This document shows positions 51,100 through 63,853 of a stretch of 64,000 nucleotides of DNA, in pieces. Under the pieces are notes generated by a model, which was given only the letters and a program-made list of their open reading frames with translations, did not search any database and had not been told where the DNA came from. Within the stretch, counting starts at the first letter, position 1. Every line of letters begins with the position of its first letter. The position numbers and the translations under genes are program-made. The DNA comes from Camelus dromedarius (lineage: Eukaryota), in contig NC_087437.1 in assembly GCF_036321535.1 (NCBI RefSeq), forward strand, positions 21,268,001 through 21,332,000, in the 5' to 3' direction.

Positions 51100-52900
51100 G
51101 GAAAAAAGAAAATTGGATGTAATGGAGAAGAGGTTTAGTAAGATTTGAACTGGAAGTCTCAATAGGAACCCACGAAGTACTGTATCTTTGATTCTGTGTA
51201 TCTTAAGTTCTGTCCACTTAAAAGGACTAGAAAACATGAGCAACCTAGTAGTAATGAGCATCCCCAGCCCCTAATTTGAGCTTGACATATAATTCTCCCT
51301 AAAGGAAACCAGGTCTTCGAAGAGAAATGGCTGATTCCACATACAGGGCAGGAGATGTACAAGATGAACTTGAAACATCTTGTCATACCAGATGACAGCG
51401 AAGCTATCAAAGACAACTAGGGTCATGCCAAAAGGACTCAATGGGCCAGCTAGAAGAGGCTCCCACAGGCCAAAGATGGGACAATTTATGTTTCAATAGT
51501 GGTAATAACTACAATTCATGAAACCCATCAAATTATGTTAAATTCATGAGCTTATAATGCTATTTTTAAAAGGGAGGACTTTTTCACCTTTGTAGGAAGA
51601 CAGGCACAAACTCATCGTCTTGAAAACTGGTAAAGGGAAGAGATCAAGTTTTATTCTGCTTTCCTATATAAACTATCCCTCCAGGTAAACTCATAGCAGA
51701 AGTGGGAAGGGTCTTTATATAAAAGAAGTGCCAGTAGTAAAGGAAGCGGAAGTGACAGAATTAGAATAACACTAAGAGCCACCCACAACGAATTCACAGA
51801 TACAAGCATTAAACATCAGTGGTGGTCGCATCATAAAATGAAAGACAAATAAAACTTTTGTGCCTTTTAATGAAAGAATACACCACTATCTACATACTTG
51901 CCAAAGGATCAAACATCAGTCTGATAAAGCCTTTGAATCTCACTGCCAAACTGCAGGAAATACAGAAAATAGAGGAATATATTGAGATGCACCTGAGCAG
52001 GCAACCAGCAAAATCTATCTAGACTGTGGGAAATTCAACAGGTCAAATAGCCTAGTTCCTTCAATGATTAAAGTATAGGAAGATAATGAAACAGAGGAAA
52101 ATCCTATACATAGAAGATGTATCAACTTTTGTTTTAAATGAACAAGGCTAAAATGTAGTGCCTAAGGATGCACGTTTAGGGGATAAAACTATTTAAATAT
52201 GCCAAGAAGTGATAATATAAAAATCAGGATAATAGTTATTTACAGGGGAAAGGGTGGTAGTGACTGGGATGGGTACATGGGGGTGCTTCTGGGGTCCTAC
52301 TTCTTCATCTGGTGATGTTTACAAGAGTGCTTGCCTTAAAGTAACTCATTAGCTATCCATTTGCTTTTTGGTGATTTTCTGTACTGGTATTTTATTTCAC
52401 ACACACACAAAAAGCAAACAAAATGACATTTGAAACAACTCAAAATTTGAATACTTACTAGATATTTGATATTAAGGATTTACTGTTAATTTTCTTAGGT
52501 TTAATAATGATATTGTTGATATGTTTTAACAGGAATCTTTAAGAATTTTTGCTTGCTTTTGGGGGGAGGTAATTAGGGTTATTTATTTATTTAGTAATTT
52601 AATGGAGGTACTGGGGACTGAACCCAGGACCTCGTGCATGCTAAGCACGTACTCTACCACTGAGCTATACCCTCCCTCCTGGCAAAAAGGAAGATTTTTA
52701 GATATAAATACTGAGGTATTTATGATGAAAATGATAGGATGTCTGGGATTTGCTTTAAAATAATATAAAAGGGGTATACACAAAACAAGACACCATGAAT
52801 TGATGATTGCTGAAGTTCAGAACTAGGCACACAGGAGGCTCACAACATGAATCATCTATTTTTATATTTAAAATTCTCTAAAATAGTTTTTTTTTTTTTA
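51100..52900 (+). mobile_element. Old L1MC/MD 3' region, interrupted by a SINE
   Basis: aaaggaaaccagg...gagaaatggctgattcca...gaaacatcttgtcatacca; gggatttgctttaaaataat. Confidence 0.6.
52558..52679 (-). mobile_element. Vic-1-type SINE with near-intact tRNA-Ala(AGC) fold
   Basis: Minus strand GAGGGTATAGCTCAGTGGTAGAGTACGTGCTTAGCATGCACGAGGTCCTGGGTTCAGTCCCCAGTACCTCCA, then A-rich linker and ccctaattacctcccccc tail. Confidence 0.88.
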
Positions 52901-54499
52901 ACAGAAAAAGAATGGTTCTAGCATACCCTTGGTTATTTACACAGGCTTATTAGTTCATAGGCTCAGTTTCCAACACTCAGCTCAGCCTTCTCAGGAAGGG
53001 GTCCTCATACATCAGTCTGATATAAACACAAGGGAGAACTCCACATGTACAACATGTAACTCCTGATCCTACCACAGGTCTCATCTGAATGAGTGACAGC
53101 ACCAGCCACCCAATCACCAAACCGGAAACAACACAGTCATCCATGCTCTTCAAACGCCCTTTCTATCTAACCAATCTGCTGCTATCGTATGTAATCTAAT
53201 TCTAGTCTTGTCCAAAACAGCTCTTGAATCCAGTCTCTTCTCTCTGTTCCCACTGCCCTAGTTCAGGCCCCCATAATCTCTCTCTAAAATAATTAGAGCT
53301 GTGTAACTGTTTTCCTTTGTGCTGCCTAGAGGCATTCCAACCCTTCCTCCATGTGGCCATTAGGGGGATCTTCCTACATAAACTTGATAAACCCAGTGCT
53401 GGTGTGGTCAATACTATACACTTACTGAATGGTAAGGATGTGCCAGTCATTGTTCTAAGTAATTGCATTTTAGACAAGAATCCATTAATGCCCATTTGCT
53501 ACGTACATTTCCCTGCAAAGCCCACTCTATGCTGACTTGCCCTTAGATTTTAGTGTATTTAGATACAAATGGCTAATCACAGATAAATTTATATAATTAG
53601 TACAAGTTAGGTGACAAAAGTAATTAAGAACTGCTAAAAATCAGAGCACAGGAGTTATTCTGAAAGAAGTATGTTGTGTATGGGATTTTATAGTTATGCT
53701 AACAATTGGACAATGGCTTAAAGTAAATAAAATTCTCAGCTAGTGTTTACATTACTTATTAAAAGCCAAGGACGAAGGAGGGTTGTTGTTTTTCGTAATA
53801 CTAGGTCTTTTTTTGAAAGTAGTAAGATAATCATAGGGTTAGTTTTTTGGGGTGTTTACTTGACTCTACAGTCATACATGGCTAATATATAAAGAAACTA
53901 AACACAGTCCTTAAACAGGAACAACTAGACTTTTAACAACTACTAAATGCATATAAACATATTCTTAAAACATAGATACAAGACTACAGTAAGCGTTTTA
54001 TAAGATTAGGTTCAGTATACGAAATGAGAGACTTGAAGAAAATTACTATGGTCAAATATCAACACTGGTAAATCATTTATCAGCTATATATTTTGAGCAG
54101 TTTACTTCATTTAACTTCGACCCACAATCCTCCTTGATCTGAAAAAGAGATACAAATACCTGTCTTGTTGTGAGGATTAAATTATACACCATGCATAAAA
54201 CTATGGTAGACTATGGATGATCTTTCTCTTCATAAGCTGCTACATTTTCACAAGCAATACAAAACCAAAGGATACTACTCAACATCGCTGAATCAAGAAA
54301 TTAAGTTTGATCTTTGGACGGTTTGTAGAGCATTATGCCAAAACCCAATCAATGTCTACGTTAAAATTCAACAGAATTTAGGATAGCTAATACCTGCAGT
54401 AGACAGACAGGAGATTTGATTCTGCAACCAATTCTATAAACCACTTCTTTGAAAGTTAAGTGAATAATGCCTCTAGGAAAAGAACATTAAAAGGTAAAA

Positions 54500-55257
54500 A
54501 GCTATATAAAGAACTCAACAACAACAATAAAAAACCAAACGACTCAATTTAAAAATAGACAAAGCACTTGAACAGACATTTCTTTCAAGAAGATAAACAA
54601 ATGACCAATAAGTACATGAAGAGACGCTCAACATCACTAGTCATTAGGGAAATGCAAGTCAAAACCACAATGAGATACCATTCACACCCATTAGGATGGC
54701 TATTACTGAAAAAAAAAAATGTTGGGAGGATATAGAAAAATTGGAGCCCTTGTGCACTGCTGGTGAGAATGTAAAATGGTGCAGCCACTATAGAAAATAC
54801 TATGGCAGTTCCTCAAAAAATTAAGCATATTAATTACCATATGATTTAGCAATTCCACTTTGGGGTATATATCCATAGAAATTTAGAGTAGGGATTCAGA
54901 CAGAGTATTTGTATACCTATATTCATTTCAGCAATATTCACAATAGCCTAAAGGTGAAACAATGCAAATATCCATCAACAGATGAATGAATAATCAGAAT
55001 GTGGTATATGCACAGAACAGAATATTATTCAGCTTTGAAAAATAATGGAATTCTGATAGATGCTACAGCATGAATGAACCTTGAAGACATGATAAGTGAA
55101 ATAAGGCAGATACAAAAGGGTAAATATTGTATGATTCCTCTTATATGAGGTACCTAGAACAGTCAAACTTATAGGGACAGAAAGTAAAACTATGGTTACT
55201 AGAGACTGGAAAGAGTTTTAGTGTGGAATGGTGACAAGTTCTAGAGATGGATAGTGG
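54500..55257 (+). mobile_element. L1MB-like ORF2 end and 3' UTR, truncated
   Basis: aacagacatttc...gggaaatgcaagtcaaaaccacaatgagatacc...ttctagagatggatagtgg. Confidence 0.82.
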
Positions 55258-55334
55258 ACAATAATTTGTTTTCTCAGTGGGTTATTTTCTGTTCTGTGTG
55301 AGGTTTTTGTTTGTTTGTTTTTTGTTTGTTTTTT

Positions 55335-55800
55335 TTTTGGTTTTGAACTTATTTATGCTTTGTCATCTTTTATGCTTAACTGTTGATGGCTTCATGGGCC
55401 AGTATATCTCTGTAAAACAAGATGTTGTGGTTTTAGCATTTCATCATTAATCATTGCTAAAAAAAACCAAATTCAATATACAAGGGATCATGCTTCTGAG
55501 CAAAACAAATACAAACTTAATTGTTCTTCATTCTTTAAATTTCTTCTATTGTCACACTTGACTTACTATTACTGTCACCACATTCAGAAAAGATGTGCCT
55601 TTTCTTGACAAAAATAGTTCATGAATGTTTGTTTCCCCAACACAAAATGAGGGTTAAAAAAAATAACATAAAGTTTACTTTTCTAATTTAGCTAATAATT
55701 TAAAATACTAAACTTAAAACCAGGCTTATTTAAAATTTTTAAATGGTTGAAAAATGTTATAAAAATAAATGCCTACATTTTCACAGATCTTCTATATGCT
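55335..55800 (-). mobile_element. hAT-Charlie DNA transposon internal fragment (BED-finger region of transposase)
   Basis: Minus strand reads QKHDPLYIEFGF.AMINDEMLKPQ..., resembling recalled Charlie/SCAND3-type RKYDPSYIEFGF..IDGEVLKPQC; frameshifted. Confidence 0.6.
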
Positions 55801-55844
55801 TTTGGGTTACATTTGATATATCAACGTTAAAATGTCACATGTTA

Positions 55845-57410
55845 CTAAAATTAACTCAAAATGGGTCAAAAATCTAAACATAAGAGCAAAAACCATAAAA
55901 CCCTTAGAAGAAAATATAGGTATAAGTCTTTGCGATCTTCTATTTGGCAATTTTTTTTTTAAGTATGATAAATGACAGCAAAAACATAAGTAACACAAGA
56001 AGAAAACCAGATAAGCGTAATCAAAATTTAAAACTTCTGTGCTTCAAGTAGCTGAAAGAACAATCCATAGAATAGGAGAAATTTTTTGCAAATTATGTAT
56101 CAGATGAGGGTCTGGTAACTATAATTCATAAAGAACTCCCACAGGTCAATAGCAAGACAAATAAAATAAAAAACAAAACTCAAAGAATCTGGATAGAGTT
56201 CTTCTCAGAAGACATAATAGCCTTCCTTTTGGCTGGAACTGCCATCTTCCAGTAATTCGCCAAAATGACCAACACAAAAGGAAAGAGGAGAGACACCTGC
56301 TATATATTTCTCTAGGCCTTTCAGAAAACAAATCCTTTGGCCACAAACACGCAAATCTACAAGGTGTCAGTGCAGACATCAAGGGAATGGGCCCTGTCTA
56401 AAAAGGAAGGCCCCACAAATGCTATCATGGCAAAACTGGAAGAGTCTATAATGTTACCAAGCCCACTGCTGGCACTGTTGTAAACAACCACGTTAAGCAC
56501 AAGAGAATCCCTGCCAAGAGAATTAATGTACATACAGAGCATATTAAGCACTCTTAAGAGCTGAGATAGCTTTCTGAAACATAAGAAGGAAAATGATCAG
56601 AAAAAGAAAAAAGCCAAAGAGAAAGGCACTGGGTTTCAACTGAAGTACTAGCCTTCTCCACCCAGAGATGTACACTTTGTAAGAACCAACAGAAAGGAGC
56701 CTGAACAGCTGGAACCCGGTCCCTATGAATTCATGGCATGATAAGTGTGAAAAAACTAAGACCTCTGAACTGAAAATTGTTTCTCTTAATTGAGTAGAAG
56801 TGTGGTGTCCCCTCCCCCAGAGAAAGATTTAAAGCAAATTTTAATTGTGTCCTAATTCAGTGGGTGATGTTGTTACTATTCAAATTTAGGTTTTGGTTTT
56901 TTTTTTTCTGGAAGATATAAGGTGGCTTATTGTACAATATACTCCACTGGTTAGAAACTGCCAAGAATTATTTATAAAATATTTGTACTAGTTTTAAAAA
57001 AAGAAGATATTAAAAAAAGAAGATATACAAATGGCCAATAAGCACATGAAAAGATGTTCAACACCATTAACCATCAGGGAAATGCAAATCAAAACCACAA
57101 TGAGATACCATTTCACATTCACAAGGATGGCTATAATAAAAAAAGATGGATAATCAGTGTTGGCAGGGATGTGGAGAAACTGGAAACTTTTGCTGGTGGG
57201 GATATAAAATGGTACAGCTACTGTAGGTATATATCCAAGAGACAGAAGAACTTATGTCCATACAAAAACTTGTTGACAAATGTTCAAAGCAGCATCATTT
57301 ATAATAGCCAAAAAGGAGAAACCCAAATGTCCATGATTAATGAATATAGACAGAATCTGGTACAGCCACACAATGGAATATATGAATACTAACATATGCC
57401 ACAACATGTA
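55845..57410 (+). mobile_element. L1M ORF2 fragment split by the RPL21 retrocopy (parts 55845-56216 and ~57018-57410)
   Basis: aaaattaactcaaaatggg...agaagaaaatatagg...ttctcagaagacata | agaagatatacaaatggccaataagcacatgaaaagatg continues the L1 consensus across the insert. Confidence 0.8.
56221..57002 (+). pseudogene. RPL21: RPL21 (60S ribosomal protein eL21) processed pseudogene, antisense in a TFDP2 intron
   Basis: 5' TOP-like ccttccttt, ATG 56265 (MTNTKGKRR), [30 protein letters not shown] ending TGA 56741; premature stops (TAA 56399-56401, others later), frameshifts, no introns. Confidence 0.95.
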
Positions 57411-57794
57411 ACTTCTCTGTGTGTGGAGATGGGATGGTAGGTACAGAGGATCTGGAGGATTAAGAAGGTTCTGCTGGCCCAAGGGCTCCTTGGATGTCTT
57501 CATTTCATTGCCCTCAGTACTTCCCCCACCGAATCATTCTTGCTTTTTATACCTGTCAGCTCTAAGCGTGGGGACTCCCCATGTCAGTGCAGGTGAGAAC
57601 GGCTTCTGGCTCCAACTCTGACTTCTCCCATAGATACTTTGGGACGTGGATGTCTCTACTTTTCCTTGCCATCACTAATCACATCACCTTTCATCTTCCA
57701 ACTTTTGGAAAATCTATATCTCTACCATGTTTTATGGCAATTTAAGAGATTTCTTTTATTATTTTTTCACACAAAAATTTCAATATGATCCTAG

Positions 57795-58018
57795 GGGTTG
57801 GGGATTAAACATGGGTGTTTATACTACTATATGTAAAAGAGATAAACAATGAAGACCTATTGTATAGCACAGGGAACTATATTCAATATCTTATAATACC
57901 TATAATGGAAAAGAATCTGAAAAAGAATATAAATGCTATATATATGTATAACTGAATCACTTTGCTGTACATCTAAATCTTACACAGCATTGTATATCAA
58001 CTATACCGCGATAAAAGA
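57795..58018 (+). mobile_element. L1 3' end (artiodactyl type)
   Basis: gacctattgtatagcacagggaactatattcaatatc...gtataactgaatcactttgctgtac. Confidence 0.8.
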
Positions 58019-58739
58019 AATTAGTGTTCAGTCCATCATCTCAAACTGGAAGCTCTCTATCTAAATCTTAAATAGAGTTTACACATTTTCTCAAAACCTG
58101 AGCTCTTTGAAACACCAAGACCCTCTTTCCAAATAACACCAACATTTGGCCACAGGGATGTAAACATTATCATCTCTGTTAGTCCCTAAGTCAAAAAAAG
58201 GGAACTAGTAGGAAGCATTCTTTAACAAATAAAACCAAGTTGAGAACTTTTTAAGTTTTTAAGAAAATAAAACTATAAATACAGCATAGTTTGAAAAGCA
58301 TGTTACATTTTGTTTCATTTGAAGTATTCATAATTTCATTTGAAATGTTTAAAGGCACTGTTCCCAAAGAATAAAAAAGTATTTATCTTTCCAGGCACTT
58401 AACTAGAATCCACAACCACTGTCTTTTTATATTTTCCCATAATAATTTATTTACAAAAGTAATATAAAACTAAAATTTGTAGTATAACAGTATACCCCAG
58501 GTTTAAGTTATAATAAATATATTCCACTTAAATAAGAAATTATATATAACATACAATAAAAACTTCATTTCCCATTAAAATAAGTCAACCAGAATATTTA
58601 AATCAATGAAATAATTCAGTAATTTAGTAAAATAATTTAGGGAAAAACCCAAATCAAACCCCACTTTCCTGTAAATATGCATCCACTGTGTGTGTGTGCT
58701 GGGTGGGGGACATGGAGTGGGAAATAAATGCTGATCACT

Positions 58740-59670
58740 TACAGGTCTTCACTATCTCCCCTCCTTGGGTCATGTCATCCAGGCCTGTGACCATTTACAT
58801 GCTGATGATACTACTTACACACTAATGACTTCATCACTTAGATACCTCATAAACCCTTCAAACTTCGTATGTCCAAAACAAAACCTGATTCCTCTCCAAA
58901 CCTACTCCTAACTGCAGTAAACATAATGGCATCAACATTCACCCAGCTCTTACTGCAAAAAACCCAAAACCCATCCTTTATTTCTCTCTTTCCTTCATTC
59001 AATCTACCAATAAATTCTGTTGGTTCTACCTGCAAAATTTACCCATTTTTTCCCTATCTCCACTGCCAGGCCACTGCCCCCTCCAACAGCCTTCTAACTT
59101 ATTTCCCTGTTTCTGCCCTTGTCTCCTTAGGATCTGTTTTCCCCTCAGCAGTCATGTCATTTCCCTGCTTAAGACCCTGTTTAGAATAAAAACCAAATTC
59201 TCTAGCATGACCGACAAGGCCTACACTCTGACCCTGCCTCCCTCTCCATCCTCATCTCTGATCACTCGGACTTTCTCACCATCTCCAAGCCCCTGTGTTT
59301 CCCCAGGTATAATCTGCTTCCTCACTTAGGGGTTCTACATTTGCCATTCCCTGTGCGTAGAAGCCCTGCCTCCTCATCTCACCCCAGCTATTTCCATACC
59401 TCACTTCTCTGCATTCAAATGTTGCCTCCTTACAGAGGCCTTTCTAAGGTAGCCACCATCCTTCCAATACTTTACAAATCATCCTTCTTAGTTTCCTGCA
59501 TACCACCCATCACAATCTAAAATTATCTTATTTATTTATTGCTCTCTCACCCCAAATATATAAGCTCTTTAATAGGAGAGACGTATCTATTTTATTATTC
59601 CCACCAATGCCTAGAACATACCAATGCTTAGCAGATATTTAAAATACTTGTTGGATAAACAAACAAATTC
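58740..59670 (+). mobile_element. L2 fragment(s)
   Basis: ctcaaact..atgtccaaaac...aatggcatcaacattcaccca...cagaggccttt...tgcctagaacata...ttgttggataaac. Confidence 0.65.
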
Positions 59671-61553
59671 ATAAATCTCACTGAAGAAGTACAGATATTA
59701 ATTACACTAACTTTTATTATAGTTTAAATTATATTAGTTTTTTAGAAGATTATTAGTTTATTGTAAATAAAAGGGTTTTAATTATACTCCAACAGAATAA
59801 GAAAGATCTTAAGCTTACATGAGTACAAAGGAAGAGTGACACACCACTGTGGTAAATTCTACTGATTTCAGGCAGGAATAAAGTAAAACACACATAGGGT
59901 ACCGCCGCTGCCCACGATATACCCAGGACCTTCCTCCCCCAACAAAGGTCCCAAATAGGTCTCCCCCTTCCCTATTTGGAAGAGATACATTTAGAAGACA
60001 CCACCAGTTTCTGTCCAAAGGAAGAAAGAGAAAGTGAACAGACATCTTTCAGGATCAAAACCCCAGAAAAGACCAGAAAGGGGGGTTTCACAGCTCCATC
60101 CACAAGCTCTTTGCAAATAAGTCCAATGAATCAGAACATAAGGAAAAAACAATGAAACTTCTTCAGAAACTGACTTGCTCTTGCAAATGGACCTGACAAA
60201 GAGACAGCTGTGTGAAACAAAGTTGTACACCCAAGTGGTTAAGATGAGGATAAAAAGCTTATATACATCTATGTATGTGGGAGTCTGCGTGTGTGAGAGA
60301 CACATATATCCTTGAGAAACACTAATACAAATACTTACATACGATACCAAATCAACATATAAGACAATGAAGAGAGGAAGATTATTTTGTTGTTGAGAGC
60401 TGGCTTTTTGAAGTTCAGCTTGTGGGAGAAAGAAACTGAAGACCACAGCGTTACATAAAAACCCATACCTTTGGAGGAAAATAACATTTGGAAGAATAGG
60501 AACAAAAAAGAAAACCAGACGTCTGAGATTTGGTTATGGAGGGGGATGGGACTCATTACAGGAAAGTTATATTAAAGAATAAAAAGAGAACAAAAAGCAC
60601 AGGAAAAAGGGGCACTGAACCAAATGCAGAAAGGGAAAGTTAAATCAACGTCTGTACCAACAGACTTAATCTGGTAGTTTTATACATGATCTTTAGAGTT
60701 TTCTCTCAAGGAGAATAAAAAATCTTGTTTTTTAATAATATTCGCAATACATAGGTGCCACCAATCATAACTAATGAACAGTTCTCTTTTAAGGCCTTAA
60801 ACATTGCTAAATACATGTTTATAATTTGTACTGCTGCCCTTTCCAAGGATTAACACGAAGACCAGGAAAGACCATCTAGTCATATACTTGTACAACCTAC
60901 AGCAGTTCCTCAGACATGATTCTGTCTGTTCAAAACAGTTAAGATCCAAGAAGTAAGCAACAAAGGCCACCAAGGAACTAAAGCAGAGCTAGTCTCAATG
61001 TAAGAAAACACACGATCTTTTATAGAGCCCCAAGGTCCTCACTCAGAGCCTATTCACTTTTATTTTAGACAGAATTCTAACACATCTGGCCATCCAGTTT
61101 CTCAGTACATAGCAAATGAGACAGAGCAACTGGAGGAGAGAGAAAACTATTATATTGAAAGCAGGTGACCTAACAGGAGAACCATCATGGAAAAAAGCAA
61201 TTACAAAATCTCAGAATCAAAATTAAATTTTAAAAAGCACTGCTGGCAAGATTTTATCTAAAATAGCAACAATCTTACAAAATTCAACTGCCTTTTAGAC
61301 AACTGTGTGTCTTAACGTCGTGTGGTATTAGTATGATACTCAATACAGTGGTCTGCGTGGAATATTGAACTGAGGTTCAAATAACGACCCTAAAGTGATA
61401 GTTTTTAATCCTGGAGTTTCTGACTTCACAGGCATTTACAATTTATTCACCAGACCACCTGTGATTCTAATGCATAAGAGCTGAGAACTACTGTTGTAAC
61501 AGTCTCAGGAAAGGCTATGTTATACTTGATGCATTAGTTAAGAAAGAAGTGAG

Positions 61554-61905
61554 TGTGATGTATGACATGATAAATGCAATTAACACTGCTGTATATTATT
61601 TACAAAAGTTGTTGAGACTAAATCCTAAGAGCTTTCATCATAAGAAACAATTTTTTTTACTGCATTTTTTTACAAAAATATTTACAAAATATTTTTTACT
61701 GCTTTAACTTTATACCTATTTGAGACGGTAGGGGTTCACTAAAATTACTGTGATAGGCTGTATCATGATGTATGTAAACCATGATATATGTGAATGAGGA
61801 GGGTTTGATTATTTCATGATGCATGTAAGTCAAACCATTCTGCTGTGCACCTTAAACTTCCACTGTGCTGTATGTCAATTATATCTCAATAAAACTGAAA
61901 GAAAA
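61554..61905 (+). mobile_element. L1-family 3' end with local internal duplications
   Basis: ataaatgcaattaacactgctg...taagtcaaaccatt.tgctgtgcaccttaaac...tgtcaattatatctcaataaaactg. Confidence 0.7.
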
Positions 61906-62279
61906 AAAGTGAGAATTTACTATGATCTTTATATATGTTCAATAAAACTTGTTTTTAAAAAGCTTGGGAATCTTAGGGTAATGTGGAGTATTCACTTTGA
62001 CAGAATACTTCAACTCCCAAAAGGAGGAAGGGGGCTAAATGCCATACTGCCAATGGCCAAGCTACTCACAGAATAGTATCTTTTGAAATCATACAAATAC
62101 AGTAAGTTTACGTAATGATGAGCGATGTAGAATACTCAGTGTAGAATGAAATGATGGTAGAAACTCAATGAAGTTAAAAGTTATATGAAGAAAAATATCT
62201 CACTACTTAAGAGTCTGGGCACCAAACCCCTTTCTATGCAGCAGCATGTCCCAAACAAAATACTTAAACTTTTACTCAC

Positions 62280-62327
62280 CTTTCTGAAAAATCAGAGTCT
62301 ATAAATTCTCTAGCCCGTTTTCTGTCA
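62280..62327 (-). CDS. TFDP2: TFDP2 48-bp exon (16-aa 'E region', basic NLS part)
   Basis: ttttcttttcag|T GAC...GAA AG|gtgagt; DRKRAREFIDSDFSES; phase 2 at both ends. Confidence 0.93.
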
Positions 62328-62880
62328 CTGAAAAGAAAAAAAGATAACCGTCAAAAGAGCACAAGCATTATTATTTCATGAATAATTTCTTGTAACTTGT
62401 CTAATCCTCCACTGAATATATCTAAACACAAAACCAACAAATATAAAAGACAGATACTTAAAATAAAAAGTTGAATTTTATCACTCACTGGACGAAGAAA
62501 TCCCAACATAATACTCATAGTCTGAAATGAGCTCAATGAATCTTTAGAAACGAAACTATTGTAGATTTATAGAGGAGGAGGCACAGAAAAGTTTTATTCA
62601 GTCTAGACTAAATGGCCATGAAAACACTAGATAATCATACTACCCCCAATATAAAGCACAGCTGGTGATGAAAATACCCAAGCCCTGGTTATCTCCAAAG
62701 GGGGCCAGCACTGCTGGCACAGGCTTGGCTTTCACGTAACTCTCTCTCAAGACCAAGCAAAAATCCAAGGTAACCTTTAGATCTCCAAGAGAACGTTGTT
62801 AAGGACTGAATAAAGGCCATGGGATTACAGGTGATTCTGTCGCTTCATCTCACTTGATAATGGAAAAATATGTACACACA

Positions 62881-62906
62881 TGTATGTGTGTGTGTGTGTG
62901 CGTGTG
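62881..62906. repeat. Imperfect (TG)n microsatellite
   Basis: tgtatgtgtgtgtgtgtgtgcgtgtg. Confidence 0.85.
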
Positions 62907-63731
62907 TTTCTTAAAGCTCTTTGCTAGGATTGTTATTTCATTCATTTCTCCAATATTCCTGAAGCAACGAGATTCTTACTCGACCAAGCTTTACTGTCTG
63001 CTTGCTAGACCTCACAGCTATAAGTCAGTGGTGGAGCCACCAGTGCGGCATGCCACTCTGGAAGTAACTTCTAAAGTGACCAAATGAAGTCTTGAGTCAT
63101 TTATTTCACTATTTCTTTTTCTTTTACGGAAGGCTGAGATGCTGAAATGATAAAGGAGTGGAGAAAGGATGGGTAAGGGTATTTTACAGGTCAGGATGAA
63201 AGGTAGAGATTTGATACTAAAAGTGGCAAATGAGTAACAAAGAAGGGGTACTGATTTAACACCCCAGTGTTTAAAAAGAATCAATATAAAATTCAATGAA
63301 AGTTTTAAATATGGCTTCTTTTTCCTAGTTCTTTTTCTGATTTTAAAGGAAATAAGAATGCATAGGAGAAATTCTGAGTACGTCTACAACTCAGCATATC
63401 ACTCCTTTCTTATGTTTGTTAAATCAGTATAAAGTGCAGCTTTTATATCTCAAAAGCAGCTAAATGTCATAATCATAAAGAGGTCTTTCAGAGTTGCAGA
63501 AAGTCAGAAGATCCAGTTACAAGTTACTGTTCTATTCTTCTGTTTAAAAATGGTTGCTCCAAAGCTGATTTATATCTAAGATACAAAGTGGAATAAAACA
63601 GGCGATTTTAAAGGAGACACATTAGTTTTCAACAACATAAAACAAGAACAGAAGATAAGACAGTGAGGAAAAAAAGATCAGAACTTTAAAAAAATGTTTT
63701 TAAAAATAGCAGTTTGGAGCAACACTCTTAC

Positions 63732-63853
63732 CCTGGGACCCAGCCAGTGGCTTCTGCTATGTGTGTCTGAGTAACCATCGCTGGTGCAGGGGTATACGGA
63801 CTCCCAATCAGAACACTTCCTGAACTGGTTAGTCTCTGTGGTGTGCTTATAAT
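63732..63853 (-). CDS. TFDP2: TFDP2 exon (122 bp)
   Basis: ttgcag|ATT...CCA GG|gtaaga; IISTPQRLTSSGSVLIGSPYTPAPAMVTQTHIAEATGWVPG. Confidence 0.95.

Larger units (their letters stand above)
22200..63853 (-). other. TFDP2: TFDP2 gene, 3' part (nine coding exons plus long 3' UTR); 5' exons lie beyond the window end
   Basis: Nine GT-AG exons join in frame to the DP-2 DNA-binding (DEF box [17 protein letters not shown]), dimerisation and acidic C-terminal regions; the 3' end position is inferred. Confidence 0.95.

Noticed and set aside
52603..52674. Functional tRNA-Ala gene (likewise the copies at 29871, 31317, 39080, 45472, 48610)
   Set aside because: Followed by SINE A-rich tails, several copies have TSDs, and stems or boxes carry defects; treated as Vic-1 SINEs
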